Assembly (NCBI GenBank): GCA_046703825.1
Contig: JBJKSO010000105.1
Span: forward strand, 320 to 64,319
DNA length: 64,000 bases
Direction of reading: 5' to 3'
Origin: Candidatus Dormibacteria bacterium
GTDB lineage: Bacteria > Chloroflexota > Dormibacteria > Aeolococcales > Bog-877
Shown here piece by piece: positions 1 through 9,022 of the stretch. Every line of letters starts with the position of its first letter. The stretch's first letter is position 1. The position numbers were made by a program, and so were the translations under genes. The notes beneath the pieces are model-generated. The model was given only the letters and a program-made list of their open reading frames with translations. It searched no databases and had not been told where the DNA came from.

Positions 1-71
1 CCGGCCTCACGAAGCTGATGAATGAGCGGGATTCCTATTGCTCCGGAGCCTCCGATGACCATGACTCGCAC
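1..71 (-). CDS. NAD(P)-binding epimerase/dehydratase-like protein, N-terminal fragment running off the window
   Basis: Minus-strand reading from GTG at 71 gives VRVMVIGGSGAIGIPLIHQLREAG, a Rossmann GxGxxG motif. AGGAGG (rc of 80-85) lies 8 nt upstream. The fragment is too short for the ORF track. Confidence 0.5.
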   Translation of the reverse strand, partial: MRVMVIGGSGAIGIPLIHQLREA

Positions 72-117
72 GCGCCTCTCCTCCTAGTCAGGGCCCTGGA
101 ACAGCCTCTCCGCACCC

Positions 118-144
118 CGTCACATCCGAGGTGTCTATGGGGTC
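118..144 (+). promoter_or_regulatory. candidate ECF41-type promoter upstream of the sigma gene
   Basis: cGTCACA (118-124), 16 nt, GGTC (141-144), compared with the described ECF41 motif TGTCACA-N16-CGTC. It lies 37 nt upstream of the GTG at 182. Confidence 0.3.
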
Positions 145-153
145 ACGTATATA

Positions 154-180
154 GACACTTGAACACGAGAGGATGTGACC
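154..180 (-). promoter_or_regulatory. candidate ECF41-type promoter upstream of the divergent epimerase-like gene
   Basis: On the minus strand: GGTCACA (180-174), 16 nt, TGTC (157-154). It lies about 80 nt upstream of the start at 71. Confidence 0.3.
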
Positions 181-181
181 G

Positions 182-1108
182 GTGAACGAGACTTCATGGC
201 TGGCAGAGCAGTTTGAAGAGCAGCGCGAACATCTCCACGCCGTCGCCTATCGCATGCTCGGGTCGCTCGCGGATGCCGACGACGCTGTTCAGGACACCTG
301 GCTGCGGGTCGCCAGATCGAGCCCTGAGCAGATCGAAAATCTGCGTGGTTGGCTGACCAAGATCCTGGCGCGGGTGTGCCTCAACATGCTCCGTGCCCGC
401 AACCTTCGCCGTGAGCAGCCCGTGGACTTCCACGTTCCCGACCCCGTGATCACCCACCAGCCAGAAGAGGAGGCGCTCCTGGCAGACTCGATCGGCTTGG
501 CGCTCCTAGTCGTGCTCGACAGCCTCGCCCCGGCCGAACGCCTGGCGTTCGTGCTCCATGACCTCTTCGGCCTTCCCTTCGGCGAAATTGCCCCGATAGT
601 GGAACGGACCCCGATGGCGACGAGGCAACTGGCAAGCCGGGCACGGCGCAGAGTCCGAGGCGCCGCAGCCAGCAGGCCCGAGGATGACCTCACGCGCCAA
701 CGCTCGCTGGTCGATGCCTTCTTCGCCGCCACCCGCAACGGCGACTTCGATGCCCTCGTCCGGCTGCTCGATCCAGACGTCGTCTTGCGCATCGACGCGG
801 GCGTAAGGCTTCCCAGCGCCTCGATGCTAATCCGTGGCGCCGAGGCGGTCGCGCACCAAGCCGGCCGGGGCCTGCAGACGTTGTTCGTCAGACCGGGTTT
901 GGAGTTGCGGCCTGCGCTGGTCAATGGGACCGCCGGAGCCGTCGTCACCACCGACGTCCGACTCGTGACGGTTATCGGATTCACTACCGCCGACGGCAAG
1001 ATCGTCGAGATCGACGCCATCGCGGATCCGCAGCGCTTGCCCACCATCTCAGCGGCCCTCTTGGCCACCGGCGGTCCCCGCCATCCTCGCGCCAAGGGTG
1101 CGTCGTGA
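182..1108 (+). CDS. ECF sigma factor, ECF41/SigJ-like, with a fused C-terminal (SnoaL-like) extension
   Basis: ORF track, 308 aa. Region 2 reads DADDAVQDTWLRV and region 4 reads ERLAFVLHDLFGLPFGEIAPIVERTPMATRQLASRARRRV. About 120 extra C-terminal residues follow. No anti-sigma gene is adjacent. GAGAGGA lies 8 nt before the GTG. Confidence 0.85.
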   Translation: MNETSWLAEQFEEQREHLHAVAYRMLGSLADADDAVQDTWLRVARSSPEQIENLRGWLTKILARVCLNMLRARNLRREQPVDFHVPDPVITHQPEEEALLADSIGLALLVVLDSLAPAERLAFVLHDLFGLPFGEIAPIVERTPMATRQLASRARRRVRGAAASRPEDDLTRQRSLVDAFFAATRNGDFDALVRLLDPDVVLRIDAGVRLPSASMLIRGAEAVAHQAGRGLQTLFVRPGLELRPALVNGTAGAVVTTDVRLVTVIGFTTADGKIVEIDAIADPQRLPTISAALLATGGPRHPRAKGAS

Positions 1109-1650
1109 GTCAGCCACTTGTGGCCGGCCCAGCCATTTAGGCGCCGCCAGTATAAGGCTGGCTGAGAATGCGGAGGTCATCGGTTCGAAGTTTCCGCAGA
1201 GCGTGTGCACGCGGCTCGCGTTGAAGGCTCTCGGTTTGACACGGCCACTGAGTTCGCTCTAGCCGTCAGCGTAGATACACAGAGCCTCGTGCGGATGTTG
1301 GATAGGCGGTTGTCGCGGCGGGAACGCCGCGGGTACAGCGAGATAGTCGGATCATCGTCTTCCGCAATTGGCAGACCTGTGGACCTGACCGCGGCCCAGC
1401 CGGCGATCCCCCCGTATCGTGTTCGTGTGCGAGTGCTGCGTCATGGAATTGGGGCCGACACACAACCGGTGCGACCGCTTCGGGGGGACGGCGACGTTGG
1501 ATCGCTGCACTGATTATCAGTCCGAACCCGAGCCTGTGGCTCCAAGGCGGACTGGGCAGGCTCACGCCGATAGTGCCCTACCGCCTACCACCTATTGGAC
1601 GGATCTCAGGGAAGAGCTAGATCGTGGTAGCCTCGCAGCCGGCCACTCAC

Positions 1651-2208
1651 CTACTCGCCGAAAATTCGAAGCTGCGTAGCCAACGTCCCGTAGTATCCGA
1701 CAATCGAGGTAAGCTCCCACGCGTCCACAGCTTGCAGCTCCGCAGTCTCTGACACACCATATTCGCGGTCACCCGTAGCTTGGCTCAGCAGGTCGACAAC
1801 GAAGGCTAAGCTTGCTCGCTCCCTGGCGTCCCGACATTCCGGTGCCGCTCCAGATCTCAGCTGCCTGATCTCATCATCTAGAACACCACTTCGCCGCGCC
1901 AAGGCCTCATGGGTAGCCCTCTCGAATCCACAATCCCAATGAGCCGCAACAAGAAGAATGGCCATCTCCCGGATCCGCGCTGGCAACTGCCCGGAGTAGC
2001 GGATGGCGCAACCAAGCGCTTGCAGGGCATCGCCAATCGCAGGAGAAAGAAGCATGGAGTTAAAGGGTCCTCGCAGCGACCCGTCAGTCTCAACCAGCGG
2101 GCTGGCCCGCTCATCTTTAATGCGAGGTCCGCCCACTATCGTTTTGTAGAGCGCCATCTGGTCCACGCTCATCTCGTGAGGCTTCAGGCGCGGTACCCGC
2201 ATACTCAT
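1651..2208 (-). CDS. carboxymuconolactone decarboxylase (AhpD-like/CMD) family protein
   Basis: ORF track, 185 aa. The protein is helical and CMD-like (AILLVAAHWDCGFERATH). Its start overlaps the upstream stop by 4 nt. Confidence 0.7.
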   Translation of the reverse strand: MSMRVPRLKPHEMSVDQMALYKTIVGGPRIKDERASPLVETDGSLRGPFNSMLLSPAIGDALQALGCAIRYSGQLPARIREMAILLVAAHWDCGFERATHEALARRSGVLDDEIRQLRSGAAPECRDARERASLAFVVDLLSQATGDREYGVSETAELQAVDAWELTSIVGYYGTLATQLRIFGE

Positions 2209-2960
2209 CTAGCTCTAAGCTCACGCAACGCCGTCAACTCCGCAACACTTGGTGGCTCACTCCTAGCGACTCTGTCCGAAACCCTCAGTTGCCATCCGGT
2301 GGCGGCCCGTGCGCCCTCTACTGTCTGGCCAGGGTGCAGGCTTACCAAGGTCAGCTCGACGCTAACAGGGTCTGGAGCCAAAATGCCTATATCTGTGACG
2401 ACTCGCCGCGGGCCACGGCCAATCATACCGAGCCGCGCGCGATCGTCACGATCGGAGCCGAATCCGACCGAGGTCCGAAAGTCCAAGCGCTCTACGAATA
2501 CTCTCGGACTCTGGCGCATTACGATGACTATCTCCTTGCACGAGGCCGCAATCTCCGGCGCACCACCAGCGCCTGGAAGGCGCACCACCGGCTTGCGGTA
2601 ATTACCGCCCACCATCGTCGTATTCAGGTTTCCAAATCGATCTATCTGCGCCCCGGTCAGCAATCCGATGTCGATCCTGCCCGGCTGCAGCCAGTAATTG
2701 AATATTTCGGGTACCGAAACCACTACATCCGCAGTCTCAGCCAAACCTCCATCTCCTATCGATAGAGGCAATGTCGACGGCTTGGACCCTATGGTTCCAG
2801 CCTCGTAGACTAGAGTCATCGACGGGGCGTGCGTGACCCGTGCCAGATTTGAGGCCGCGCTCGGCACGCCAATGCCAACGAAGCAGACGGTATGATCGTG
2901 CAACTCGCGGGCCGCAGCTATTGTCATCATCTCTTCAGAGGAATAGTCAGTGCTGGCCAT
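2205..2960 (-). CDS. family I CoA-transferase subunit B (glutaconate/3-oxoacid type)
   Basis: ORF track, 251 aa. MMTIAAARELHD..VCFVGIGVPS and GAQIDRFGNLN are typical of beta subunits. Confidence 0.85.
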   Translation of the reverse strand: MASTDYSSEEMMTIAAARELHDHTVCFVGIGVPSAASNLARVTHAPSMTLVYEAGTIGSKPSTLPLSIGDGGLAETADVVVSVPEIFNYWLQPGRIDIGLLTGAQIDRFGNLNTTMVGGNYRKPVVRLPGAGGAPEIAASCKEIVIVMRQSPRVFVERLDFRTSVGFGSDRDDRARLGMIGRGPRRVVTDIGILAPDPVSVELTLVSLHPGQTVEGARAATGWQLRVSDRVARSEPPSVAELTALRELRAR

Positions 2961-2969
2961 CAGGCTGAC

Positions 2970-3776
2970 TCACTCATGCAGGACGTGGGTCCGCATCCAG
3001 GACATAAACGCATCGCGGTCGCGGCTTATGGCATCCCACTGCTGATAAAAGTTGTTGTCGCGTTCGGAGTAGCCCGCCGCATATGAGGGATGGCACCCAT
3101 TTTTCGACTCAGATACACAACTTATGACGAACCCTGGGAGTATTATGTCGCCGGGTCGCCGATCTAGCACGTCTACCACCTCTTCCACCGTGACCAAGGA
3201 TCGCTTCGCGGCGAGTACTGCTTCCTTCTGGACTCCAATGATCCCCCACATCTGTACATTGCCGTGCCTATCGGCTCGCTGGGCGTGAATGATCGCCACG
3301 TCGGGATTCATCGCCGGTACAGCGGTCAGAATCTCACCGGTGAATGGACACGTGATCGTACTTATAGTTTTCGTTTCGCGCGGCAAATCCGTGCCAACGT
3401 ATCCGCGGAGTAGCGCCAATGGCAAGCCCGACGCTCCCGCGACGTAGCGATTTGCCATCCCGGCGTGGCTGTGTTCCTCAATTGCTAGAGGAAACGGCCA
3501 CCGACACTCAACCGCGTCGCGAAAGCGATGCAGAGAGCCGACTCCAGGATTGCCAGCCCAGGAAAACACCAAACGCTCAGCGCACCCCATTCCAATCATC
3601 TGATCGTAGATGATGTCGGGAGTCATCCGCACCAACGTAAGTCGCCGGCGTTCTTGACGAATGATCTCGTGGCCCGCTTCGAATGGTATTAAATGAGTAA
3701 ATCCCTCCAAGGCCACCGTGTCTCCATCGTGGACGAGTTCAGCTACGGCCTGAGCGAGGCTGACTATCTTGGCCAC
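2970..3776 (-). CDS. family I CoA-transferase subunit A
   Basis: ORF track, 268 aa. The N-terminus SLAQAVAELVHDGDTVALEGF is typical of alpha subunits. GTG start with a GAAGG-type SD. Confidence 0.85.
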   Translation of the reverse strand: MAKIVSLAQAVAELVHDGDTVALEGFTHLIPFEAGHEIIRQERRRLTLVRMTPDIIYDQMIGMGCAERLVFSWAGNPGVGSLHRFRDAVECRWPFPLAIEEHSHAGMANRYVAGASGLPLALLRGYVGTDLPRETKTISTITCPFTGEILTAVPAMNPDVAIIHAQRADRHGNVQMWGIIGVQKEAVLAAKRSLVTVEEVVDVLDRRPGDIILPGFVISCVSESKNGCHPSYAAGYSERDNNFYQQWDAISRDRDAFMSWMRTHVLHE

Positions 3777-3918
3777 CAGCTCTACCTTCCCGCGATCGCA
3801 GGACCACCCAGCACAACTTTAATGGTGCGTTGCGCGCCTTTGACCGAAGCGCATCCGCGAGTCGACACGCTGTCGCCACTCGCAGTCCAGGCGCGCACTT
3901 CGGGATGACGTGCCGCTC

Positions 3919-5223
3919 TCACGCAACCTCCTCAAGAGCCATCGCAAACGCCTGTAACAGCTGATCGACATGTGCATCCGTCATTACGGTGGATACGCAT
4001 CCCAAGCCGTCTTGCCCTATTAAGATGCCCGCTTCCAGCAGGCTTCGAGAAATTCGTCCAACGGCTTTGCGATCCTGGGCCTTCATCGAGCGATAATCGT
4101 AGACCGTGCCGTCGCCGATGTGAAACCGAAACAGTGACCCCTCGCCGGTAACACTGCCGCATCGACCCGACCGAGCCAGTGCCTCCGTCATGCCCACCCT
4201 GACCGCTGCTCCGAGCCGGCCGAGTCGGTCAAACTCCTCACTCCCTAGTCCGGCAAGTGTAGCCTCGCCTGCGACCATCGACACCGGATTAGCGTTGAAC
4301 GTCCCACCGTGATGTAAGGCGATACCAGCCGGCGTCTCGTCAAAGACAGTCATCACCTCCGCGGATCCCCCAACGGCCCCGATCGGGTAGCCGCCGCCTA
4401 TCAGTTTCCCAAGGGTGGTTAGATCAGGCGACACCCCGTGCAGGTCCTGGGCTCCGCCAGCGGAGAGCCGAAAAGTGATAATCTCATCCGCGATCAGCAA
4501 TGCGCCAGTCGACGTGGCACACTCTCTCAGAGTAGCTAGGAATTCAGGCGTCGCTTGAGGGAATCCCAACCGGTTAGGAAGCACGTCTACAACGATCGCG
4601 GCCAGTTGATCGCTCCTACTTAAGAGAAGCTCTCGCGTCGCAACAGAGTCGTTGAAAGGGATAACCACCACGTCTGCCAGAATCCCGCTGGGCGTCCCGG
4701 CGTTGTACGCTACTCGCTCCGGTGCATTTGGGTCACCCCAGTTGCTAGATGAGCTGTCAACGCTCACCTCTACCCAATCGTAGCTGCCATGGTACGCGCC
4801 CTCACACTTTGCGATGAGCGTTCTGCCGGTGAAGGCTCGAGCTGCCTTAACTGCTTGCATCACAGCCTCACTGCCAGAATTAGTAAAGCGGATGCTCTCG
4901 ATGCTCTTTACTCTGCCCACAATCAGTTCAGCCAAATCGATCTCGGCCTCAGTCGGAAGCCCGAAGCAACTTCCTCGCGAAGCTTGCCGCTGCACGGCGG
5001 CCACGACCGGCTCGTAGGCATGCCCATGAATAAGAGCTGTGTAGTTGTTCAGAAAGTCCAGGAACTGGTTTCCGTCCACGTCTGCTATATATGGACCTTC
5101 GCCTGCTACAGCGTATATCGGAAACGGCTTTGCGTACAGCGTCGTGCGACTGTTACCACCGGCGAGGACCTGCTGGCCCCGCTCGTGCACCCGGCGAGAC
5201 CCGTCAAACTGAACTCCTTGCAT
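3919..5223 (-). CDS. class III aminotransferase, glutamate-1-semialdehyde aminomutase (HemL)-like
   Basis: ORF track, 434 aa. Motifs read: LAGGNSR, DVDGNQFLDF, RFTNSGSEAVMQAVKAARAFTGR, ADEIITF. Confidence 0.85.
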   Translation of the reverse strand: MQGVQFDGSRRVHERGQQVLAGGNSRTTLYAKPFPIYAVAGEGPYIADVDGNQFLDFLNNYTALIHGHAYEPVVAAVQRQASRGSCFGLPTEAEIDLAELIVGRVKSIESIRFTNSGSEAVMQAVKAARAFTGRTLIAKCEGAYHGSYDWVEVSVDSSSSNWGDPNAPERVAYNAGTPSGILADVVVIPFNDSVATRELLLSRSDQLAAIVVDVLPNRLGFPQATPEFLATLRECATSTGALLIADEIITFRLSAGGAQDLHGVSPDLTTLGKLIGGGYPIGAVGGSAEVMTVFDETPAGIALHHGGTFNANPVSMVAGEATLAGLGSEEFDRLGRLGAAVRVGMTEALARSGRCGSVTGEGSLFRFHIGDGTVYDYRSMKAQDRKAVGRISRSLLEAGILIGQDGLGCVSTVMTDAHVDQLLQAFAMALEEVA

Positions 5224-6374
5224 CTCCCTCTACACTCGAATCCTACGGCAGGAAGTCCCCGCACTCTCGGGAAGACGTCCGGCCATGAGCCTCCGAAGGT
5301 GCCCCCTCCTCGGATGAAAACACTCGCCAACTCGCCGGGGGGAATCTCGACTACCAAAGGGAACATTCGGGTACCAAGGACGCTTAATATGCCTTGCGCA
5401 GCAAGGTAATCGGTTCTACCCGTCGGGTCATACTCAGGATCTACTTCGCACATGTCTAAACCGACGATTTTTTCAGACTCACCCAAAAGCGCTAGCATTG
5501 CCAGCAGGTCCGGAGCACTTATGCCGTCAAATACCGGCGCGGCCGTCCCCGGAGCGTCAGCACCGGTAACAATGTCGATGTCGACACTGATATATACTCC
5601 GTCCACTCCGCTGGTCGCATAGTCCAGCGCTTCTGCGACAGCCGATTTGACTCCGACTCGGTTCACGTAGTGAGAGGTGTACGCCTTGAAGCCTTGCCTC
5701 TGCATCTCCCGAAACTGGTTAGGCTCGGACGCAGTGTTCAGTCCTAGCCAGGCGACTTTCGCTACTCCATCCATTTCAGCGATGCGGCGCACGCAGGTAC
5801 CCTGATTGTGGGGGCCAGTGTACATCCCGTCATCACGGAAGTCGGTGTGTGAGTCAAGGTGAATGTGGGCAAGCCTAAAGTCTGGTTTGCGCTCCTTGCA
5901 TGCCTCAAGTACGCCGCGGCAGGCCGGATACGCCACGTAGTGGTCGCCGCCAAGAGTCACTGTTAGTGCCGCGCGGCGCGCGACTTCTCGTACGTGAGCA
6001 ACCGCTTCGCGCAATTGCGCGTCCCGGTCCGCGGGAATGACAGGCACATCGCCGGAGTCCACGATCGGTAGCTCTGCCGGCCACCCGGTGACGCGGCCGT
6101 CGAAGATGTTGAGCAGTCCCACGTCTGTCTGGAAGGCGTAGTACCGGACCGCGCGCAGAGAAGCCACTCTGATCGCCCTAGGCCCATGGCGCATCCCCGT
6201 CCGCCCACCAGTTGTGGCATATTCATCGAAGGGCATCCCTACGATGCCTATCGAACCTTGCGGCACTTCGGAAGGCTCTACCCATCGACTTCGTGCGAAT
6301 GACGAAACTCCTGCGTACCAAGGAGCCGCGAGATCGCGCACCCCGAATCTGTTCTGTCCCGGCACTAACACCAT
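5106..6374 (-). CDS. arginase-fold ureohydrolase (agmatinase / guanidino-acid hydrolase type)
   Basis: ORF track, 422 aa. Mn-site motifs read LGGDHYV, HLDSHTD and SVDIDIVTGADAPG. The last ~80 aa are low-complexity and overlap the next gene by 118 nt, so the 3' end is doubtful. Confidence 0.8.
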   Translation of the reverse strand: MVLVPGQNRFGVRDLAAPWYAGVSSFARSRWVEPSEVPQGSIGIVGMPFDEYATTGGRTGMRHGPRAIRVASLRAVRYYAFQTDVGLLNIFDGRVTGWPAELPIVDSGDVPVIPADRDAQLREAVAHVREVARRAALTVTLGGDHYVAYPACRGVLEACKERKPDFRLAHIHLDSHTDFRDDGMYTGPHNQGTCVRRIAEMDGVAKVAWLGLNTASEPNQFREMQRQGFKAYTSHYVNRVGVKSAVAEALDYATSGVDGVYISVDIDIVTGADAPGTAAPVFDGISAPDLLAMLALLGESEKIVGLDMCEVDPEYDPTGRTDYLAAQGILSVLGTRMFPLVVEIPPGELASVFIRGGGTFGGSWPDVFPRVRGLPAVGFECRGRCKEFSLTGLAGCTSGASRSSPVVTVARRCTQSRFRYTL

Positions 6375-6408
6375 CCTCCCTTCAACAGGCCGTTCTGCGT
6401 ATCCCTAA

Positions 6409-7392
6409 CTACCCGTGAATTAACTGCCACGACTTAAGACGCTTACCTCTAGGGTCAAGCATTAGAAGCGCGCCCCGCAAAATGCCGTCGTTGTATTCGC
6501 TGCCCGGATTGATTGCCGTGGTCTGACCCAGCTTTTGAACGGCTGCAGACTCGTGGATGTGACCGTGCAAACTTAGCATAGGCTGGTAGCGGTCAATCAC
6601 TGACCTTACCGCGCTGCTCCCGACACCGCCCACCAGCACCTGGCCGCCACGCATTCTCGGGTTGAACTCCTCATCCAAGAGCGCTGCTTGATCCAGTTGT
6701 GTATCTCGTGGCGGACAGTGCACGTTCAGGATAGCCGTCTCGGGCTCGCTGAGTTTATCCATGAGCCTATCCAACCTAGCTGCGATTTCGTCCTCCGGCA
6801 ACTCGCGCGGTGTCTTCCAAGGGGTGGGGTTGGAAAAGCCAAGTGACGCCATTTGGACGCCCCCCGGCAACTCGACAACCGCCCCATCAGTCAAAACAAC
6901 GGCAGCCTCAGCCAAATCCTCAGCCACTTCTTCATCATCATCGTTGCCAAGCATCATGTAAGTCTGCGTGCGCAGCCCGCCAAGCCGGTCACCGATCAAG
7001 CCGACCCATTCTCGAGTCTGCTTGGATATTACTGGCTTGAACAGGTCACGCTGAACTAGCTCCGGATGGGCATCGTAGGTGGCCTTTTCTTCCGGATCCA
7101 GGACTACCGGGTACTTTCCGGCGGCACGCAGTTGGCTCTCGAAGGAGGCGAGCTCCTCCTCTGACTCAATTCGGCCGTTGGGTTCATAGAGCTCTGACCG
7201 CCACTTGCCGCCGGCCTCCCTGACAATCGGTACTACGAACTTTCCAGTCAAGTCGCCGCCGAAAACGAGTGCGTCCAGTTCAAAGGTCTTCGCGGAGTTA
7301 ACCCACTTCCTAAAGGCCCGCTCCGACCCGTGAATGTCAGCGGCATAGAACACCCGCACATTCTGACTGCTTTCTCGGCGATGCCCGAACAA
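6409..7392 (-). CDS. metallophosphoesterase (calcineurin-like) family protein
   Basis: ORF track, 327 aa. Motifs read ADIHGS, GGDLTGK, LGNDDD and LHGHIHES. Confidence 0.8.
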   Translation of the reverse strand: MFGHRRESSQNVRVFYAADIHGSERAFRKWVNSAKTFELDALVFGGDLTGKFVVPIVREAGGKWRSELYEPNGRIESEEELASFESQLRAAGKYPVVLDPEEKATYDAHPELVQRDLFKPVISKQTREWVGLIGDRLGGLRTQTYMMLGNDDDEEVAEDLAEAAVVLTDGAVVELPGGVQMASLGFSNPTPWKTPRELPEDEIAARLDRLMDKLSEPETAILNVHCPPRDTQLDQAALLDEEFNPRMRGGQVLVGGVGSSAVRSVIDRYQPMLSLHGHIHESAAVQKLGQTTAINPGSEYNDGILRGALLMLDPRGKRLKSWQLIHG

Positions 7393-7396
7393 TTGG

Positions 7397-9022
7397 CTAC
7401 TCCGGGGGAAGTTCGGTGAAGGCTACCGACAAATTCACTCCACGACGCTCATTGACCCATTTGCTTGTCAGGTACATCAGAACGGCAACGACGAGCATAA
7501 TCGGGAAGGAGATAAACACCACCGGAGAATTCGCGCCGAGCGCATTATTGGTTAGATACTGCTCGAAGAAGAAGGCATAGGAAGCAAACGCCAGACCGCC
7601 CACCACTGAAATGGCCGGCAATCCGAAGATCTTCCGCCGAGAGATCGGCGCAAGGTTGTACAGGGCTTGTCGGCGCCAAGGAATCACGATGGCCACGAGG
7701 GAAACAAGTAAGAAGATCGGCAGTTGCCCAAGCAGCGCCCCAAATGCCAACTGTAGGATCGTGCTTGGTCCCCAAACCAACACTGCGCAGATGACGCAGT
7801 ACACGAGAAAGAGTACAAAGTTTGTGATGAGTGGGCTATGAGTTCTTTCGTTTACCTCAGACAGCTTCGCGGGCATAACCCTATCGAAGGACCACGCAAC
7901 CATGCTCCGCGTGGTCAAGAAGAACGCGGGGCCTTGACTCACTATGATCAGCAGCACGAGCAACCCGTTCATAGCGATGATTAGAGGGGTGTTGGACGTG
8001 AGCAGCGACGCAAAGAGCATGATGCCAGGCGGGGCAGGGAACGGGTATGCCTTCGGGTCTGCCGATGCGATGTACGTAGCTGACCCGATCCAGTTCTCTC
8101 CAAGGCTGTGGGCGGCGAACCCGAGCAAGAGCAGCAGCCCGACTACGCCGATCCCTATTGCTGAGAGGTAGGCGCGAGTTACGGTGCTCGAAGGTCGACG
8201 GATTTCTCCTCCCAGGTAGGCGGCCGTGAACCCGAACCCCATGAACCCGAATACGACTGGCGTTGCCGCAAAATCGGCACCGAGGTTGAACCCGGAGCCG
8301 GGATGATAGCCAGCCTGTGCCGCTGCCGAGAGAATCTTACCGTAGCTAGAGTGAAACGACTTCAGCACCGGTGTCAGTGCCGCACTCGTGTGCGTCGCCA
8401 GTACGAGAACGGCAAGGAGCAAACTCAGTGCACCAAAGGGGAGCAGTATCGCATAGACTTTCGTAAACGTGCGTAGCGGGAGGCTCGCGACAATAAGCGC
8501 CGCCAAAATGCACCCTATCCCAATTAGGTAGGTTGGAGCCGGGCTACTTAGTGTGGTAGCGACGTTTAGAAGGCCCGCGTTGTGGGATCGAATGCCTACA
8601 GCAGCAAAGACGGCAGCCAGGTACTGAGGAGCGATAGTCGCGAAGACCGACCCGACACTGAAGATGACGAAAAGGTTAAGCACAACGCTCGCCACAAAGC
8701 CAATGGGTGCCGACAGCGTCCTGCTTACGAATATGTAGTCCCCACCCGTCCGGGGCATCAACTGTGAGAGCCACCCCCATAGTAGAGCAAACGGTACCGC
8801 GAGCACCGCGCCGAGGACTATAGCTGCCGCCCAGTTTGATCCCGGCGCTGCGATTGGGGCGATCGTGACGATGAAAAGAGCGTAGGGCGGAGACATCACT
8901 GCGAGCGACATTAGAATAGCGCCACCCGTGCCTAGCTCTCGCACTAGTCCCGTTGTCTGTCGCGCATACACCCCGACTGCATTCGGAATGCCAGATACCC
9001 CGCCAACCGTGTCAGATGCCAC
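7397..9022 (-). CDS. APC-superfamily amino acid/polyamine permease
   Basis: ORF track, 541 aa. About 12 hydrophobic segments. GTG start. The gene sits between the regulator and the enzymes. Confidence 0.8.
   Translation of the reverse strand: MASDTVGGVSGIPNAVGVYARQTTGLVRELGTGGAILMSLAVMSPPYALFIVTIAPIAAPGSNWAAAIVLGAVLAVPFALLWGWLSQLMPRTGGDYIFVSRTLSAPIGFVASVVLNLFVIFSVGSVFATIAPQYLAAVFAAVGIRSHNAGLLNVATTLSSPAPTYLIGIGCILAALIVASLPLRTFTKVYAILLPFGALSLLLAVLVLATHTSAALTPVLKSFHSSYGKILSAAAQAGYHPGSGFNLGADFAATPVVFGFMGFGFTAAYLGGEIRRPSSTVTRAYLSAIGIGVVGLLLLLGFAAHSLGENWIGSATYIASADPKAYPFPAPPGIMLFASLLTSNTPLIIAMNGLLVLLIIVSQGPAFFLTTRSMVAWSFDRVMPAKLSEVNERTHSPLITNFVLFLVYCVICAVLVWGPSTILQLAFGALLGQLPIFLLVSLVAIVIPWRRQALYNLAPISRRKIFGLPAISVVGGLAFASYAFFFEQYLTNNALGANSPVVFISFPIMLVVAVLMYLTSKWVNERRGVNLSVAFTELPPE

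Noticed and set aside
1522-1530. CCGAACCCG resembling part of the tRNA-Gly T-arm (11245-11252), considered as a possible att repeat
   Set aside because: Only 8 nt are shared, which is within chance expectation for a 64-kb GC-rich window. No longer repeat of the tRNA 3' half was seen.
1205-1679. Three overlapping 86-102-aa ORFs in the 540-bp gap after the sigma gene
   Set aside because: They have no SD sequences, no motifs, and mutually overlapping frames. I treat the region as non-coding or degraded DNA. It may mark an island border, but I cannot support a gene.
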